DNA of 32,000 nucleotides from an uncultured Chloroflexia bacterium (lineage in GTDB: Bacteria > Chloroflexota > Ktedonobacteria > Ktedonobacterales > JADMIN01), in NCBI GenBank assembly GCA_963718915.1, contig CAVRAI010000004.1, positions 630,001-662,000 of the forward strand, given 5' to 3'. The position numbers and the translations under genes were made by a program. Of this stretch, positions 16,602 through 25,469 are shown in pieces. Each line of letters opens with the position of its first letter. Within the stretch, counting starts at the first letter, position 1. The notes under the pieces were generated by a model. That model did not search any database, had not been told where the DNA came from, and was given only the letters and a program-made list of their open reading frames with translations.

Positions 16602-17573
16602 ATGGCTATACAGTTTGGCGTCTTTGTGCCTCAGGGCTGGCGCAGGGATTTGGTCGAGATTGCCGATCCGGTGGAGAAGTATGAGGCGATGACAAGTGTG
16701 GCGAAGGCCGCCGATGCAATTCCCGCCATCGACTCGATCTGGGTCTACGATCATTTCCATACCGTGCCCACGCCCACGATGGAGACGACCTTCGAGTGCT
16801 GGAGCATCACCGCGGCGCTCTCGCGCGATACCAGCCGGGTGAATATTGGCCAGATGGTGACGTGCAACGGCTACCGCCATCCGGCGCTGCTGGCGAAGAT
16901 CGCCTCGACGGTGGACGTGATGAGCCACGGACGACTCTACTGCGGGTTGGGCGCAGGCTGGTACGAGCATGAGTGGCGCGCCTATGGCTTCGGCTTCCCC
17001 GAGACGCGCGACCGCATGCGCATGTTCCGCGAGGCGTGCGAGATCGTGATGAAGATGTGGACTGAGGACTATCCGACGTTCAGCGGTGAGCACTATTCCA
17101 TCGATAAGCCGATCAACGAGCCGAAGGGCGTGCGCAAGCCGCATCCCTCATTCTGGATTGGCGGGAGCGGCGAGCAGGTGACGCTCAAGCTGGTGGCGCG
17201 CTTCGCCGATGCCTGTAACTTCGCGGGTGATCCCGAGACGCTGCGCCGCAAGTATGACATCCTGCGTGGTCACTGCGAGACGGTGGGCCGGGACTTCGAG
17301 AGCATTTCCCGGTCGTCCAACCGCATACTCTTCCCGCTCAAACCCGGCGAGGACCCGCGACAGGCGACCGAGAAGGCGCGGGAGGCCGTCGGCGCGACGT
17401 ATGAGGAGTATCTGAACACGGTTGAGGTCGGCACGCCGGAGCAGCTCATCGAGCGGATTCAGCCAATCGTGGATGCTGGCGTGAACTACCTGATAGCCTA
17501 CCTCCCCGAAGTCGCCTACGACCACGACCGTCTGCACCTCTACGCTGAGGAGATCATCCCGCATATCCGGTAA
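16602..17573 (+). CDS. LLM-class F420-dependent oxidoreductase (luciferase-like)
   Basis: FGVFVPQGW start, WVYDHF, NIGQMVTCNGYRHPALLAKIASTVDVMSHGRLYCGLGAGWYEHEW, FWIGGSGE. AGGAGG upstream. Confidence 0.9.
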   Translation: MAIQFGVFVPQGWRRDLVEIADPVEKYEAMTSVAKAADAIPAIDSIWVYDHFHTVPTPTMETTFECWSITAALSRDTSRVNIGQMVTCNGYRHPALLAKIASTVDVMSHGRLYCGLGAGWYEHEWRAYGFGFPETRDRMRMFREACEIVMKMWTEDYPTFSGEHYSIDKPINEPKGVRKPHPSFWIGGSGEQVTLKLVARFADACNFAGDPETLRRKYDILRGHCETVGRDFESISRSSNRILFPLKPGEDPRQATEKAREAVGATYEEYLNTVEVGTPEQLIERIQPIVDAGVNYLIAYLPEVAYDHDRLHLYAEEIIPHIR

Positions 17574-18304
17574 AACAGCGCCATCTCGCGACGTTGGCCG
17601 CCTGCGTTCTTACCCGTCACCCTGCTAAAATCGAACAGAAGTTCCATCATTATCGCCATAGTTGACTAGCTGGTTAGCCCGAATACGATGCCAGGCTATC
17701 CCGTTGCATGGTCGCGCGGGATGGCGTGGCGCCGTTTTTCGTGGGTGGCGACCCTCACCCCCAGCCCCAGCCTCCGGCCCGCTGCCGCTCCGCGCTCTCG
17801 TCGCGCGCTTCTCGCCTGACGGCTCGCGCGGCTGCCCCCTAAAAGGGAGGGGAACCATACCCCAACGTATACGGCGCTGTGGCGGGTCTCCGCAACCCGC
17901 GACAGCGGGTTTCGTGGCGGAGCGCAGCGACGCCGTTCAAGCGCGGTTTTAACCGCCCGCTACTCCGCGCCGCGCTCATTCTTGCGTCTCCTGCTCTTCG
18001 TCGTCGCCCTCGTCGTCTTCCACGTTCACCGAGTTCGCGTCGCCTGCCTGAGCCACGAAAAAACGGGCCGCCACCCGCGCAAAAACGGGATAGCGTGGCA
18101 TCGTATTCGGGCTGAACCGCTGGTCATTCGTAGCAACGAATAGGGGACATTTATTCCAGCTATGCAAGGACGCTTCATGAGACAGCCCGGAGAAATCGGT
18201 ACAAACCTTCACACAGAAAACTGACAGGCGCCAGCCCGCGCGATGGGGTACGCTCAATCCGGCTGACCTTCGCCAGACAGACGAGAGAACAGGAGCGCAC
18301 CCCT

Positions 18305-19300
18305 ATGGCCGACCCCAACATCACGCTCGCGCCGGGCTATAGCTATCGCCCGCCGACCGAGGACGATATCCCTGGCATCATCGGCGTTATGAACGCCTTC
18401 GAGACCTTCTTCATCGGCCATTCAGATGACTACGACCCCGACGACATCCGCGAGGACTGGAGCCATCTGAAGCCGGAGTCCGACGCCTGGGTCTTCTTTG
18501 CCCCAGACGGCAACATGGCGGGCTATGGCACTGAGACCAACATGGGCTACGGCCAGCTCCAGATCGACGGCTACACCCACCCAGACCATCGCGGCAAGGG
18601 CATCGGCGCGGCCATCATCGCGCTGGGTGAGGCGCGCGCGGCCACGCAGATCGAGCAACAGCCCGATGGCGCGCGCGTGGTGCTCTACAATAGCGTCCTG
18701 ATCGAGGACGCCGCCGCGCATGGCCTGCTCGAATCGCGCGGGTTCAGTCTCGCACGGACCCACTGGCGCATGGGCATCGAGATGGCGGCGCCACCGCCCG
18801 CGCCAGAGTGGCCCACAGGCATTACCATGCGCGCCTTCGTCCCCGGCCAGGATGAGCGCGCCGTCTTCGATACCATCGAGGAGGCGTTCCAGGACCACTG
18901 GGGCCACACGCCCCGCAACTATGACGAGTGGCTCGCCCGGCTGAAGCGTCCCACCTTCGACCCGTCGCTCTGGTTCCTTGCGCTAGATGAGGGCCAGTTC
19001 GCCGGAGTCTGCACGTGCTGGCTGCGTCCCGCCGGTGGCTGGGTCGGCACGCTGGCGGTGCGGCGGCCATGGCGACGACACGGGCTGGGGCTGGTGCTAC
19101 TCTACCAGTCGTTCGGCGAGTTCTACCGACGTGGCGTGACCAGTGTCGGCCTCGGCGTGGACGCCCAGAGCCTGACCGGCGCGACCTGGCTCTACGAGCG
19201 CGCGGGGATGCATCCCACCATGCGCATCGCCACCTTCGCCCGCGAGCTACGTCCCGGCGTCGATCTCAGCGTGCGGGAACTGGCGCAGACCGAGGCGTAA
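18305..19300 (+). CDS. Tandem GNAT-domain N-acetyltransferase (mycothiol-synthase-like architecture)
   Basis: Two acetyl-CoA motifs, HRGKGIGAAIIA and WRRHGLGLVLLY. 331 aa. AGGAG upstream. Confidence 0.85.
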   Translation: MADPNITLAPGYSYRPPTEDDIPGIIGVMNAFETFFIGHSDDYDPDDIREDWSHLKPESDAWVFFAPDGNMAGYGTETNMGYGQLQIDGYTHPDHRGKGIGAAIIALGEARAATQIEQQPDGARVVLYNSVLIEDAAAHGLLESRGFSLARTHWRMGIEMAAPPPAPEWPTGITMRAFVPGQDERAVFDTIEEAFQDHWGHTPRNYDEWLARLKRPTFDPSLWFLALDEGQFAGVCTCWLRPAGGWVGTLAVRRPWRRHGLGLVLLYQSFGEFYRRGVTSVGLGVDAQSLTGATWLYERAGMHPTMRIATFARELRPGVDLSVRELAQTEA

Positions 19301-19318
19301 TGTGCAACGGGCAGGGCG

Positions 19319-20227
19319 CTAGACCTGCGGACATACATAGTACGTGTTCGCCGGGCTCGTCGCGGGAATCTGGGACAGCATCGGCGGGGCGGAGCAGTAG
19401 TTGCCCGCCCAGCGTCGCGCTATCGGCGCGTTGATGGCTGGTTGCGTGGTCAGACCAGCGGGAAATGTGAGTGACTGCCCATCAACGCCAAACCCCAGTT
19501 GAAAGGTCATGGTGGCAATGCTCGTTGGCGGATGAATACTGAAGCCTATGCCAACATCCTGACCAGGGTGTATCGGCGCGCCGGACGCCAAGGTCTGCGT
19601 CACCGTCGCGGGCACGGTAGCGCTGGCCGTGAATTGAAACGACTCCTCGATATCTGGCGAATAGCCAGAGGCGCACTCGCCGCCGATACTACCCGAGCGA
19701 GCATAGAGTTCCGCGCAGCCATTCAGCACATTCAACTGCCCCATATACGGCGTCAGCGACGTCAACCTGACGCCGAAAGCGTCCAAATGGTGTGTGCTGG
19801 TCGTGGACGTGTTACATATCTCGACGAGAAACTCGACCGGCTGCACCACTGCCCGACTCTCTAACCCGCTCCCAAGGACGAATGCGACGTTATTCTGTGT
19901 GGTAATGGTCAGCGGTTGGGCGGTAGAAAGGCCATCGGGCAGCATATAGTCGGCGTTAAACCCATACAACACTGCGGGTGTGCTGACAGACAGGTCGCCC
20001 ACAGAGAGCGCTCCAGCCGTCGGGCTGCATCGTTGTACACGTGCTATGGCGGTCGGCGACGGATTATCAGCGATTGCCGTTGCGGTCGGCTGCGGCGTTG
20101 CGGTCACGGTGAACGAGGTTGGCGTCGGAGTTGTTGCCGCATTCCCAATACTACCTGTCGCGCAACCAGCGGCCATCACACTAAGTCCAGCCAGTAGCGC
20201 GGCTGTGATCCATCGGCGTCGCAGCAT
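19319..20227 (-). CDS. Hypothetical Cys-containing lipoprotein
   Basis: MLRRRWITAALLAGLSVMAAGC lipobox. Thr/Pro-rich linker followed by an unrecognised domain with several Cys. GAGGGAGA lies 8 nt upstream of ATG 20227; the track start is 20251. Confidence 0.6.
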   Translation of the reverse strand: MLRRRWITAALLAGLSVMAAGCATGSIGNAATTPTPTSFTVTATPQPTATAIADNPSPTAIARVQRCSPTAGALSVGDLSVSTPAVLYGFNADYMLPDGLSTAQPLTITTQNNVAFVLGSGLESRAVVQPVEFLVEICNTSTTSTHHLDAFGVRLTSLTPYMGQLNVLNGCAELYARSGSIGGECASGYSPDIEESFQFTASATVPATVTQTLASGAPIHPGQDVGIGFSIHPPTSIATMTFQLGFGVDGQSLTFPAGLTTQPAINAPIARRWAGNYCSAPPMLSQIPATSPANTYYVCPQV

Positions 20228-20450
20228 CGCATCGTCTCCCTCACATCGCATCCGCGTCTCTCGTCAAAAACCGCATGCCCGTTGCGAGGCCAGTATAGAG
20301 CATCAAGAGGAACTGGGCAATAGAGGCTAATGGGGATCACGCGCACTGTCTATATGGAGGAAGAAAGAGCCGCTCCTGCCCCGCGATCAACACGGACGTG
20401 GCACACACACTAACCCCGCCTGCTGACAAGACAAGACAGGAGCGACTCAC

Positions 20451-20474
20451 AGACTTACAGACTTACAGACTTAC
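20451..20474. repeat. Tandem octamer AGACTTAC x3
   Basis: Read directly. The last unit overlaps the TAA stop (20471..20473) of the binding-protein gene. The upstream GACAAGACAAGACA is also repetitive. Confidence 0.6.
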
Positions 20475-21718
20475 GGCCAGTTCGGCCGTGGATATTCTGG
20501 CGGCTTGAAATTTGGATCGGTCGTCGTTGGATAAATGGGAACCAGGAGTCCGCCCTGCCATTGGAACAGGAACGCCTCGATCACAACATTCTGCCCGGTG
20601 TTGTCGAACTTGACGGGACCCTGGACGCTGGTGAACGTATCCTTGTGAAGTTCCGCGATGAGCCTGGCCTGGTTGAGTGAACCGATCTTGGTGATTGCCT
20701 GCTGAACAACCTGACCCACCGAGTAGGCTTCGGGAACATCAGAGCTGATCGCGCTCATATCGCCCCCATACAGCTTGAGGTAGGCCTTGACCATCGCCTG
20801 ATTCCCTGGTGTTGTCTGCTGCGGGTACCACCCGTTCGGAACCATGATGCCTTCCGCCGAAGTTGCCCCGCCGATGGCATGCAGGAAGTCGTTGCCCTGA
20901 TCGGGGCCTGCTGTGGCCACAATCGCCTTCGGATTATAGTTCTGCTGCTTAAACGCGAGTGCGAACGCCTTGAAATCTTCCAGCAACGTCCCCAACACGA
21001 CGATATCAGCCCTGGCGTTCACGAGCTTCTGCGCAACGGGCGTGAAGTTCGTTGTGTCTGACGAATACACCGTATACGAAGCCGTCTGGATGCCAGCCTG
21101 TTCAAGCAGTTGCCTGGCGAGGTCAATCTGAGGCTGTGTGAACGGATCGTCCTCGGTGGCATACGCCGCTGTCTGTGGCCGATCACTGGGGGGAAGCGAG
21201 AGAATCAGTTGTGTAAAGCTAATCAGGTTGTTCGCAACGGGCAAGGAGACATCAAAGACATTATTGAGTCCCTGGGTAAATACAGAAGGGCCGCCGCCCG
21301 CGCCTTCGACGAACGCGTAGCCGTAGTGATTCACAGCAATCGCGGCGGGCTTGGTCAGTTTGGATGAGAATGGTCCAAAGAGCAGATCGCAATGGTCAAC
21401 GTTGATAAGCCGCTGATAGTTCGTCACGACCTGCGTATCGCTGCTGCCATCATCCAGAATGTCGAGTGTTACTTTGCGCCCCAGCAATCCACCACTGGCA
21501 TTGACGCTGTTGGCCCAGAGCTGGTAGCCCTGCTTAAAAGCCGTGCCATCAGCCGCAAAGTCGCCAGTGAGCGAGAGTGAGACGCCGATTTTCACTGGAG
21601 GACTGTCAACCGTATGAGCCGGGGCGATACCACATGCCGTTACCGTCATCACGGCGACACAGGCCAGGATGACACAACTACAGGCTCGATGAAACGCTGC
21701 GCGCGAACGTCCACCCAC
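20471..21718 (-). CDS. ABC transporter substrate-binding lipoprotein, branched-chain amino acid (LivJ/Peripla_BP_6) type
   Basis: VKIGVSLSLTGDFAADGTAFKQGYQLWANSVNASGGLLGRKVTLDILDDGSDT. Lipobox MTVTAC. In-frame GTG 21718..21716 lies 6 nt after GAAGGGAGA. Alternatives are ATG 21763 or the longest ORF at 21883, which overlaps the E2 gene. Confidence 0.85.
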   Translation of the reverse strand: MGGRSRAAFHRACSCVILACVAVMTVTACGIAPAHTVDSPPVKIGVSLSLTGDFAADGTAFKQGYQLWANSVNASGGLLGRKVTLDILDDGSSDTQVVTNYQRLINVDHCDLLFGPFSSKLTKPAAIAVNHYGYAFVEGAGGGPSVFTQGLNNVFDVSLPVANNLISFTQLILSLPPSDRPQTAAYATEDDPFTQPQIDLARQLLEQAGIQTASYTVYSSDTTNFTPVAQKLVNARADIVVLGTLLEDFKAFALAFKQQNYNPKAIVATAGPDQGNDFLHAIGGATSAEGIMVPNGWYPQQTTPGNQAMVKAYLKLYGGDMSAISSDVPEAYSVGQVVQQAITKIGSLNQARLIAELHKDTFTSVQGPVKFDNTGQNVVIEAFLFQWQGGLLVPIYPTTTDPNFKPPEYPRPNWP

Positions 21719-21795
21719 GTCCGTTCTCCCTTCACGCCCATGACACGCCTGATTGAGCGGCATCACACACGCCGCACCTGAAACATTCGACAAGG

Positions 21796-23022
21796 CTACA
21801 GACCCGACGGGTCGGTCATCAGTTCCGCCACCGTCGCGAGAAATTGCGCGCCCCGCGCGCCATCTACAACACGATGATCGCATGAGAGACTGAGCGTGAT
21901 GGTCGGGCGTACCGCTGGCTGGCCATCCACTGGAATCACCCGGTCAACGAGCGCCCCAACCGCCAGAATCGCCGCCTGTGGGCTGTTGATGATCGCCGTG
22001 AATGCATCCACGCCGTACATCCCCAGATTGCTGATCGTAAATGTGCCGTCCTGAAGGTCGGAGGGCCTCAGTTTTCCCGCCTGCGCGCGCGCGACCATCT
22101 CCGCCCGATGGCGTGCGATGCCACTGAGGCTCAGGTCGTCGGCGTGCGGGATGACCGGCGCCACCAGGCCATCTGGCGTCGCGACGGCAAGCGCGATATT
22201 CACCTCGTCGTGCGTGATGATGGCGCCGTTCCGCCAGGATGCGTTGAGGCGAGGATGCAGCCGCAGCGCAGTCGCCACCACTTTGACCAGTAAATCAGTG
22301 TATGTCAGCTTCTCGGTTGCGCGCTTCTCCGCAAGTGCGAACCAGTGCTTAAACGCGGTGGCATCCAGCTCGCGCATGAGAAAGAAGTGGGGCGTGGTCA
22401 CCCAGCTCTGGGTCGTGCGTTCCGCCATCAGTCGCCAGATGGCGCTCAAGGACTGCTCGTTCGCAGTCGCGGAGTCGGCTGGCTCTATCGTCTGTGTCAG
22501 CGCGGCGCTTCCAGCCGCCAGCACATCCGCGGCCAGCACAGCGCCGCCCGGCCCGGTTCCGCGTATCACTGACAGATCCACTCCGCGCACCGCCGCGATA
22601 CGCCGCGCTTTGGGAGAGGCCTGGCGACGTCCATTGGCGCTCTGTGTCCCGGATGGGGCGGACGCGACTATGCTGGGGATTGATCGTGCCGGTTGTGCTG
22701 GTTGTGGGCGCGCATTCCCCAACGCTGCTATAGCGGCATGGGCCAACGTGGGGGCGGACTGATCCGCCGCGGCTTCCGCCTCCTCCGGCGAGAGGATAAC
22801 AGCGATCACCCGCGCCACTGGCACCTCGTCGCCGACGTTCGCCGCCACTCGTGACAGGATGCCCGTCGCGGGCGCCTCCAGGTCCACCGCCGCCTTATCT
22901 GTCTCGATCACCACCAGCGGCTCGCCAGCGGTCACAGATTGGCCCTCGGATTTGAGCCACTCGACGATCTTACCGGTGTCCTGGGCCATCCCCAGCGCGG
23001 GCAAGATAACATCTGTCGCCAT
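21796..23022 (-). CDS. Dihydrolipoamide acyltransferase (E2) of a 2-oxoacid dehydrogenase complex
   Basis: Lipoyl domain with VIETDKA, subunit-binding domain SPKARRIAAVRGVDLSVIRGTGPGG, catalytic SCDHRVVDGA. Confidence 0.92.
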   Translation of the reverse strand: MATDVILPALGMAQDTGKIVEWLKSEGQSVTAGEPLVVIETDKAAVDLEAPATGILSRVAANVGDEVPVARVIAVILSPEEAEAAADQSAPTLAHAAIAALGNARPQPAQPARSIPSIVASAPSGTQSANGRRQASPKARRIAAVRGVDLSVIRGTGPGGAVLAADVLAAGSAALTQTIEPADSATANEQSLSAIWRLMAERTTQSWVTTPHFFLMRELDATAFKHWFALAEKRATEKLTYTDLLVKVVATALRLHPRLNASWRNGAIITHDEVNIALAVATPDGLVAPVIPHADDLSLSGIARHRAEMVARAQAGKLRPSDLQDGTFTISNLGMYGVDAFTAIINSPQAAILAVGALVDRVIPVDGQPAVRPTITLSLSCDHRVVDGARGAQFLATVAELMTDPSGL

Positions 23023-23048
23023 GCGCCTGATCTCCCGTAACCCTAATC

Positions 23049-24395
23049 TTATGGACGCTCCGCCGCGCTGTGCGCTATCGCGCCGCGCCGGTGGCCGTCA
23101 GCCTTGACATTCAGATGGGACTGAACCTCGCGCTTTGTAGCAAGCTGCCCATTGACCGTGTAGTAATGGGTGCCAGCCACGAGCAGCTCTTCGGCGGGGA
23201 AGCGCGTGATGACCTCGCAGCCATCGCTGGTGACCACAAGCTGCTCTTCGATGCGGGCAGCGGTCCAGCCATCCGCGGCAGGCCAGAAGGTCTCCAGCGC
23301 GAAGACCATCCCTTCTTCGATCACCTCGGGATGATCCAGCGAGACCAATCGGCTGAAGATAGGCTTTTCCCAGATTGAGAGGCCGACACCGTGACCATAT
23401 TGGAGCGCGAAGGCGGCCTCCTCGTCGGGGAAACCAAATTCCTGCGCCTTCGGCCACAGCTTCACCACATCCGCCGTCGTCACCCCCGGCTTGATGATGT
23501 TGATGGCGGCGTCCAGAATCTCACGGCACTTTTTATACGCATCCACCATCGCCTGCGAGGCGCTGCCGATCGCGAAGGTGCGGTAGTAGCAGGTGCGATA
23601 CCCGTTGTAGCTATGCAGGATGTCGAAGTAGGCCGGGTCGCCTGGGCGGAGCGCGCGATCGCTGAAGACGTGCGGATGCGGGCTGCAGCGCTCACCAGAG
23701 ATGGCGTTCACCCCTTCGACATGTTCCGAGCCCATATCATAGAGCGACTTGCTGACCACGCCCACACACTCGTTCTCACGAACACCCGGCTTCATGAACC
23801 GATACAGGTCGTCATAGGCGGCGTCCACCATCATACAGGCCGTATTGAGGAGCGTGATCTCATCGACCGTCTTGATGAGGCGCGCCTGCTGCATCAGTTG
23901 CTGGCCGTCCACTACCTTGATGCCCTCAGCCTGGAGCGCGAAGAGGACAGGAAGCTCGATGGCGTCCACCCCGAGTGGCTCACCGAGCAGGCCGCGCTCC
24001 TCCAGCTCCACGCGAATCTTGCGGGCCACCTCTTCGGCGCGCCCGGCGGCGGGGAGCATCGCGCCGCGCTGGGTCGAGATGCCAGCACGCGAGCGCTCCT
24101 CGCCCAGCCAGGGACAGTAGAGCTTGTGGTGTCGCGCCGCCGAACCAAAGTCCCAAAGGATCGGATCGTCGTCCTGCGCCAGCAGCGTAAAGCGCGCGAG
24201 CTTGTCCATTGCCCACGTGCCGATGTGGGTAGCGGTGATATAGCGAATGTTGGTCATATCGAAGCAGAGGAGTGCGCCCAGTTCTGATTCTTTCAGAAGC
24301 CGCTTGATGCGGGCGAGGCGCTGCGTGCGCAGCCGCTCAAAGTCTACGCGCTCCTCCCAGTCCACGCCCATTGTGCCGTATGTCTTGAGTGCCAT
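23049..24395 (-). CDS. M24 family (creatinase/Xaa-Pro peptidase/DddP-like) hydrolase
   Basis: Pita-bread C-terminal domain: FDILHSYNGYRTCYYRTF, YGHGVGLSIWEKP, FALETFW, RIEEQLVVT. N-terminal LLCFDMTNIRYIT block. AAGGAG lies 10 nt upstream of ATG 24395; the track start is 24443. Confidence 0.85.
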   Translation of the reverse strand: MALKTYGTMGVDWEERVDFERLRTQRLARIKRLLKESELGALLCFDMTNIRYITATHIGTWAMDKLARFTLLAQDDDPILWDFGSAARHHKLYCPWLGEERSRAGISTQRGAMLPAAGRAEEVARKIRVELEERGLLGEPLGVDAIELPVLFALQAEGIKVVDGQQLMQQARLIKTVDEITLLNTACMMVDAAYDDLYRFMKPGVRENECVGVVSKSLYDMGSEHVEGVNAISGERCSPHPHVFSDRALRPGDPAYFDILHSYNGYRTCYYRTFAIGSASQAMVDAYKKCREILDAAINIIKPGVTTADVVKLWPKAQEFGFPDEEAAFALQYGHGVGLSIWEKPIFSRLVSLDHPEVIEEGMVFALETFWPAADGWTAARIEEQLVVTSDGCEVITRFPAEELLVAGTHYYTVNGQLATKREVQSHLNVKADGHRRGAIAHSAAERP

Positions 24396-24443
24396 ATCAT
24401 CCTGCTCCTTTGGTCTGGCTCCAGACGTTTTTGCCAGCGGCAA

Positions 24444-25469
24444 TTACACACGCCCACAGAGGGTCTTCGCCAGCTCGACGACCGTGGAGGGAGTTGGAAC
24501 CGTTTGGTCTTCCAACACGGGAGAGAAAGGTATGGGAACGTCCATGGCCCCCAGCCGTTTGACCGGGGCATCGAGATCATAGAAGGCGCCTTCAGCGATC
24601 ACCGCGGCCATCTCGGCTGTCACCCCATAACTCTCGTAGCCCTCGTCGATGACGATTGCGCGGCTGGTCTTCCTGGCAGACGCGATCAGCGTATCTCTGT
24701 CCAGGGGAACCATCGTGCGGGGGTCAATCACCTCGGCGCTGACGCCAAGCTGTTCCAGCGTATCGGCGGCGGCGAGGGCAACCTGCACCATGCTGCTCGT
24801 CGCGACGAGTGTGATATCCGTCCCAACGCGCTTGATGTCGGCGACACCGAAAGGAATGGTGTACTCCTCCTCAGGCACAGGGCCTTTGAGCGCGTACATC
24901 ATCTTATCCTCAAAGATGACCACCGGGCTATCGTCACGGATGGCGGTCTTGAGCAGACCCTTGGCGTCGTACGGAGTCGATGGAAGGGCAACTTTGAGAC
25001 CGGGAATGTGACTGACCCAGGCGTGCAGGCTCTGGCTGTGCTGCGCTGCGCTCCGGCGGGTGGCTCCGAGTGTTGTGCGAACGACGAGCGGCGCCTTGAG
25101 CTTGCCGCCGGACATGTAGTGAATCTTGGCCGCCTGGTTGGCGAGCTGATCCATAATCAATCCAATGAAATCGCCGAACATGATGTCTACGACGGGACGC
25201 ATTCCCGTCATAGCCGCGCCGACGCCGATACCGGTGATACCAACCTCCGAGATTGGCGAGTCAATGATGCGCCGCGGGCCGAATTCCTCCACCAGCCCGG
25301 AGAGTACCTTGAACGGCGTGCCAGCTTCCGCGACATCCTCGCCCATAATGTATACAGTCGCGTCGCGGCGAAGCTCCTCGGCGAGCGCCTCGCGGATAGC
25401 CTGTGCGAGTGTCAGCTCGCGAACCCCGGCGGACTCTGTCTGGTTGATGATCGTGCTAGGCGTAGACAT
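24444..25469 (-). CDS. 2-oxoacid dehydrogenase E1 component beta subunit
   Basis: LTLAQAIREALAEELRRDATVYIMGEDV, IDSPISE, transketolase C-terminal-like domain. ATG 25469 overlaps the end of the E1 alpha gene by 14 nt. Confidence 0.92.
   Translation of the reverse strand: MSTPSTIINQTESAGVRELTLAQAIREALAEELRRDATVYIMGEDVAEAGTPFKVLSGLVEEFGPRRIIDSPISEVGITGIGVGAAMTGMRPVVDIMFGDFIGLIMDQLANQAAKIHYMSGGKLKAPLVVRTTLGATRRSAAQHSQSLHAWVSHIPGLKVALPSTPYDAKGLLKTAIRDDSPVVIFEDKMMYALKGPVPEEEYTIPFGVADIKRVGTDITLVATSSMVQVALAAADTLEQLGVSAEVIDPRTMVPLDRDTLIASARKTSRAIVIDEGYESYGVTAEMAAVIAEGAFYDLDAPVKRLGAMDVPIPFSPVLEDQTVPTPSTVVELAKTLCGRV

Noticed and set aside
14325-17144. Minus-strand ORFs 14325..14939, 15864..16298, 16226..16573 and 16584..17144
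   Set aside because: They are antisense to the DUF4139 and LLM genes or lie in the structured GC-rich gap. Their sequences are low-complexity Arg/Pro/Gly-rich.
17976-18257. 93-aa minus ORF with an acidic C-terminal tail
   Set aside because: It has no SD, mixed codon bias and no recognisable domain, and it lies in a repeat-rich gap. It is kept only as a note inside a finding.
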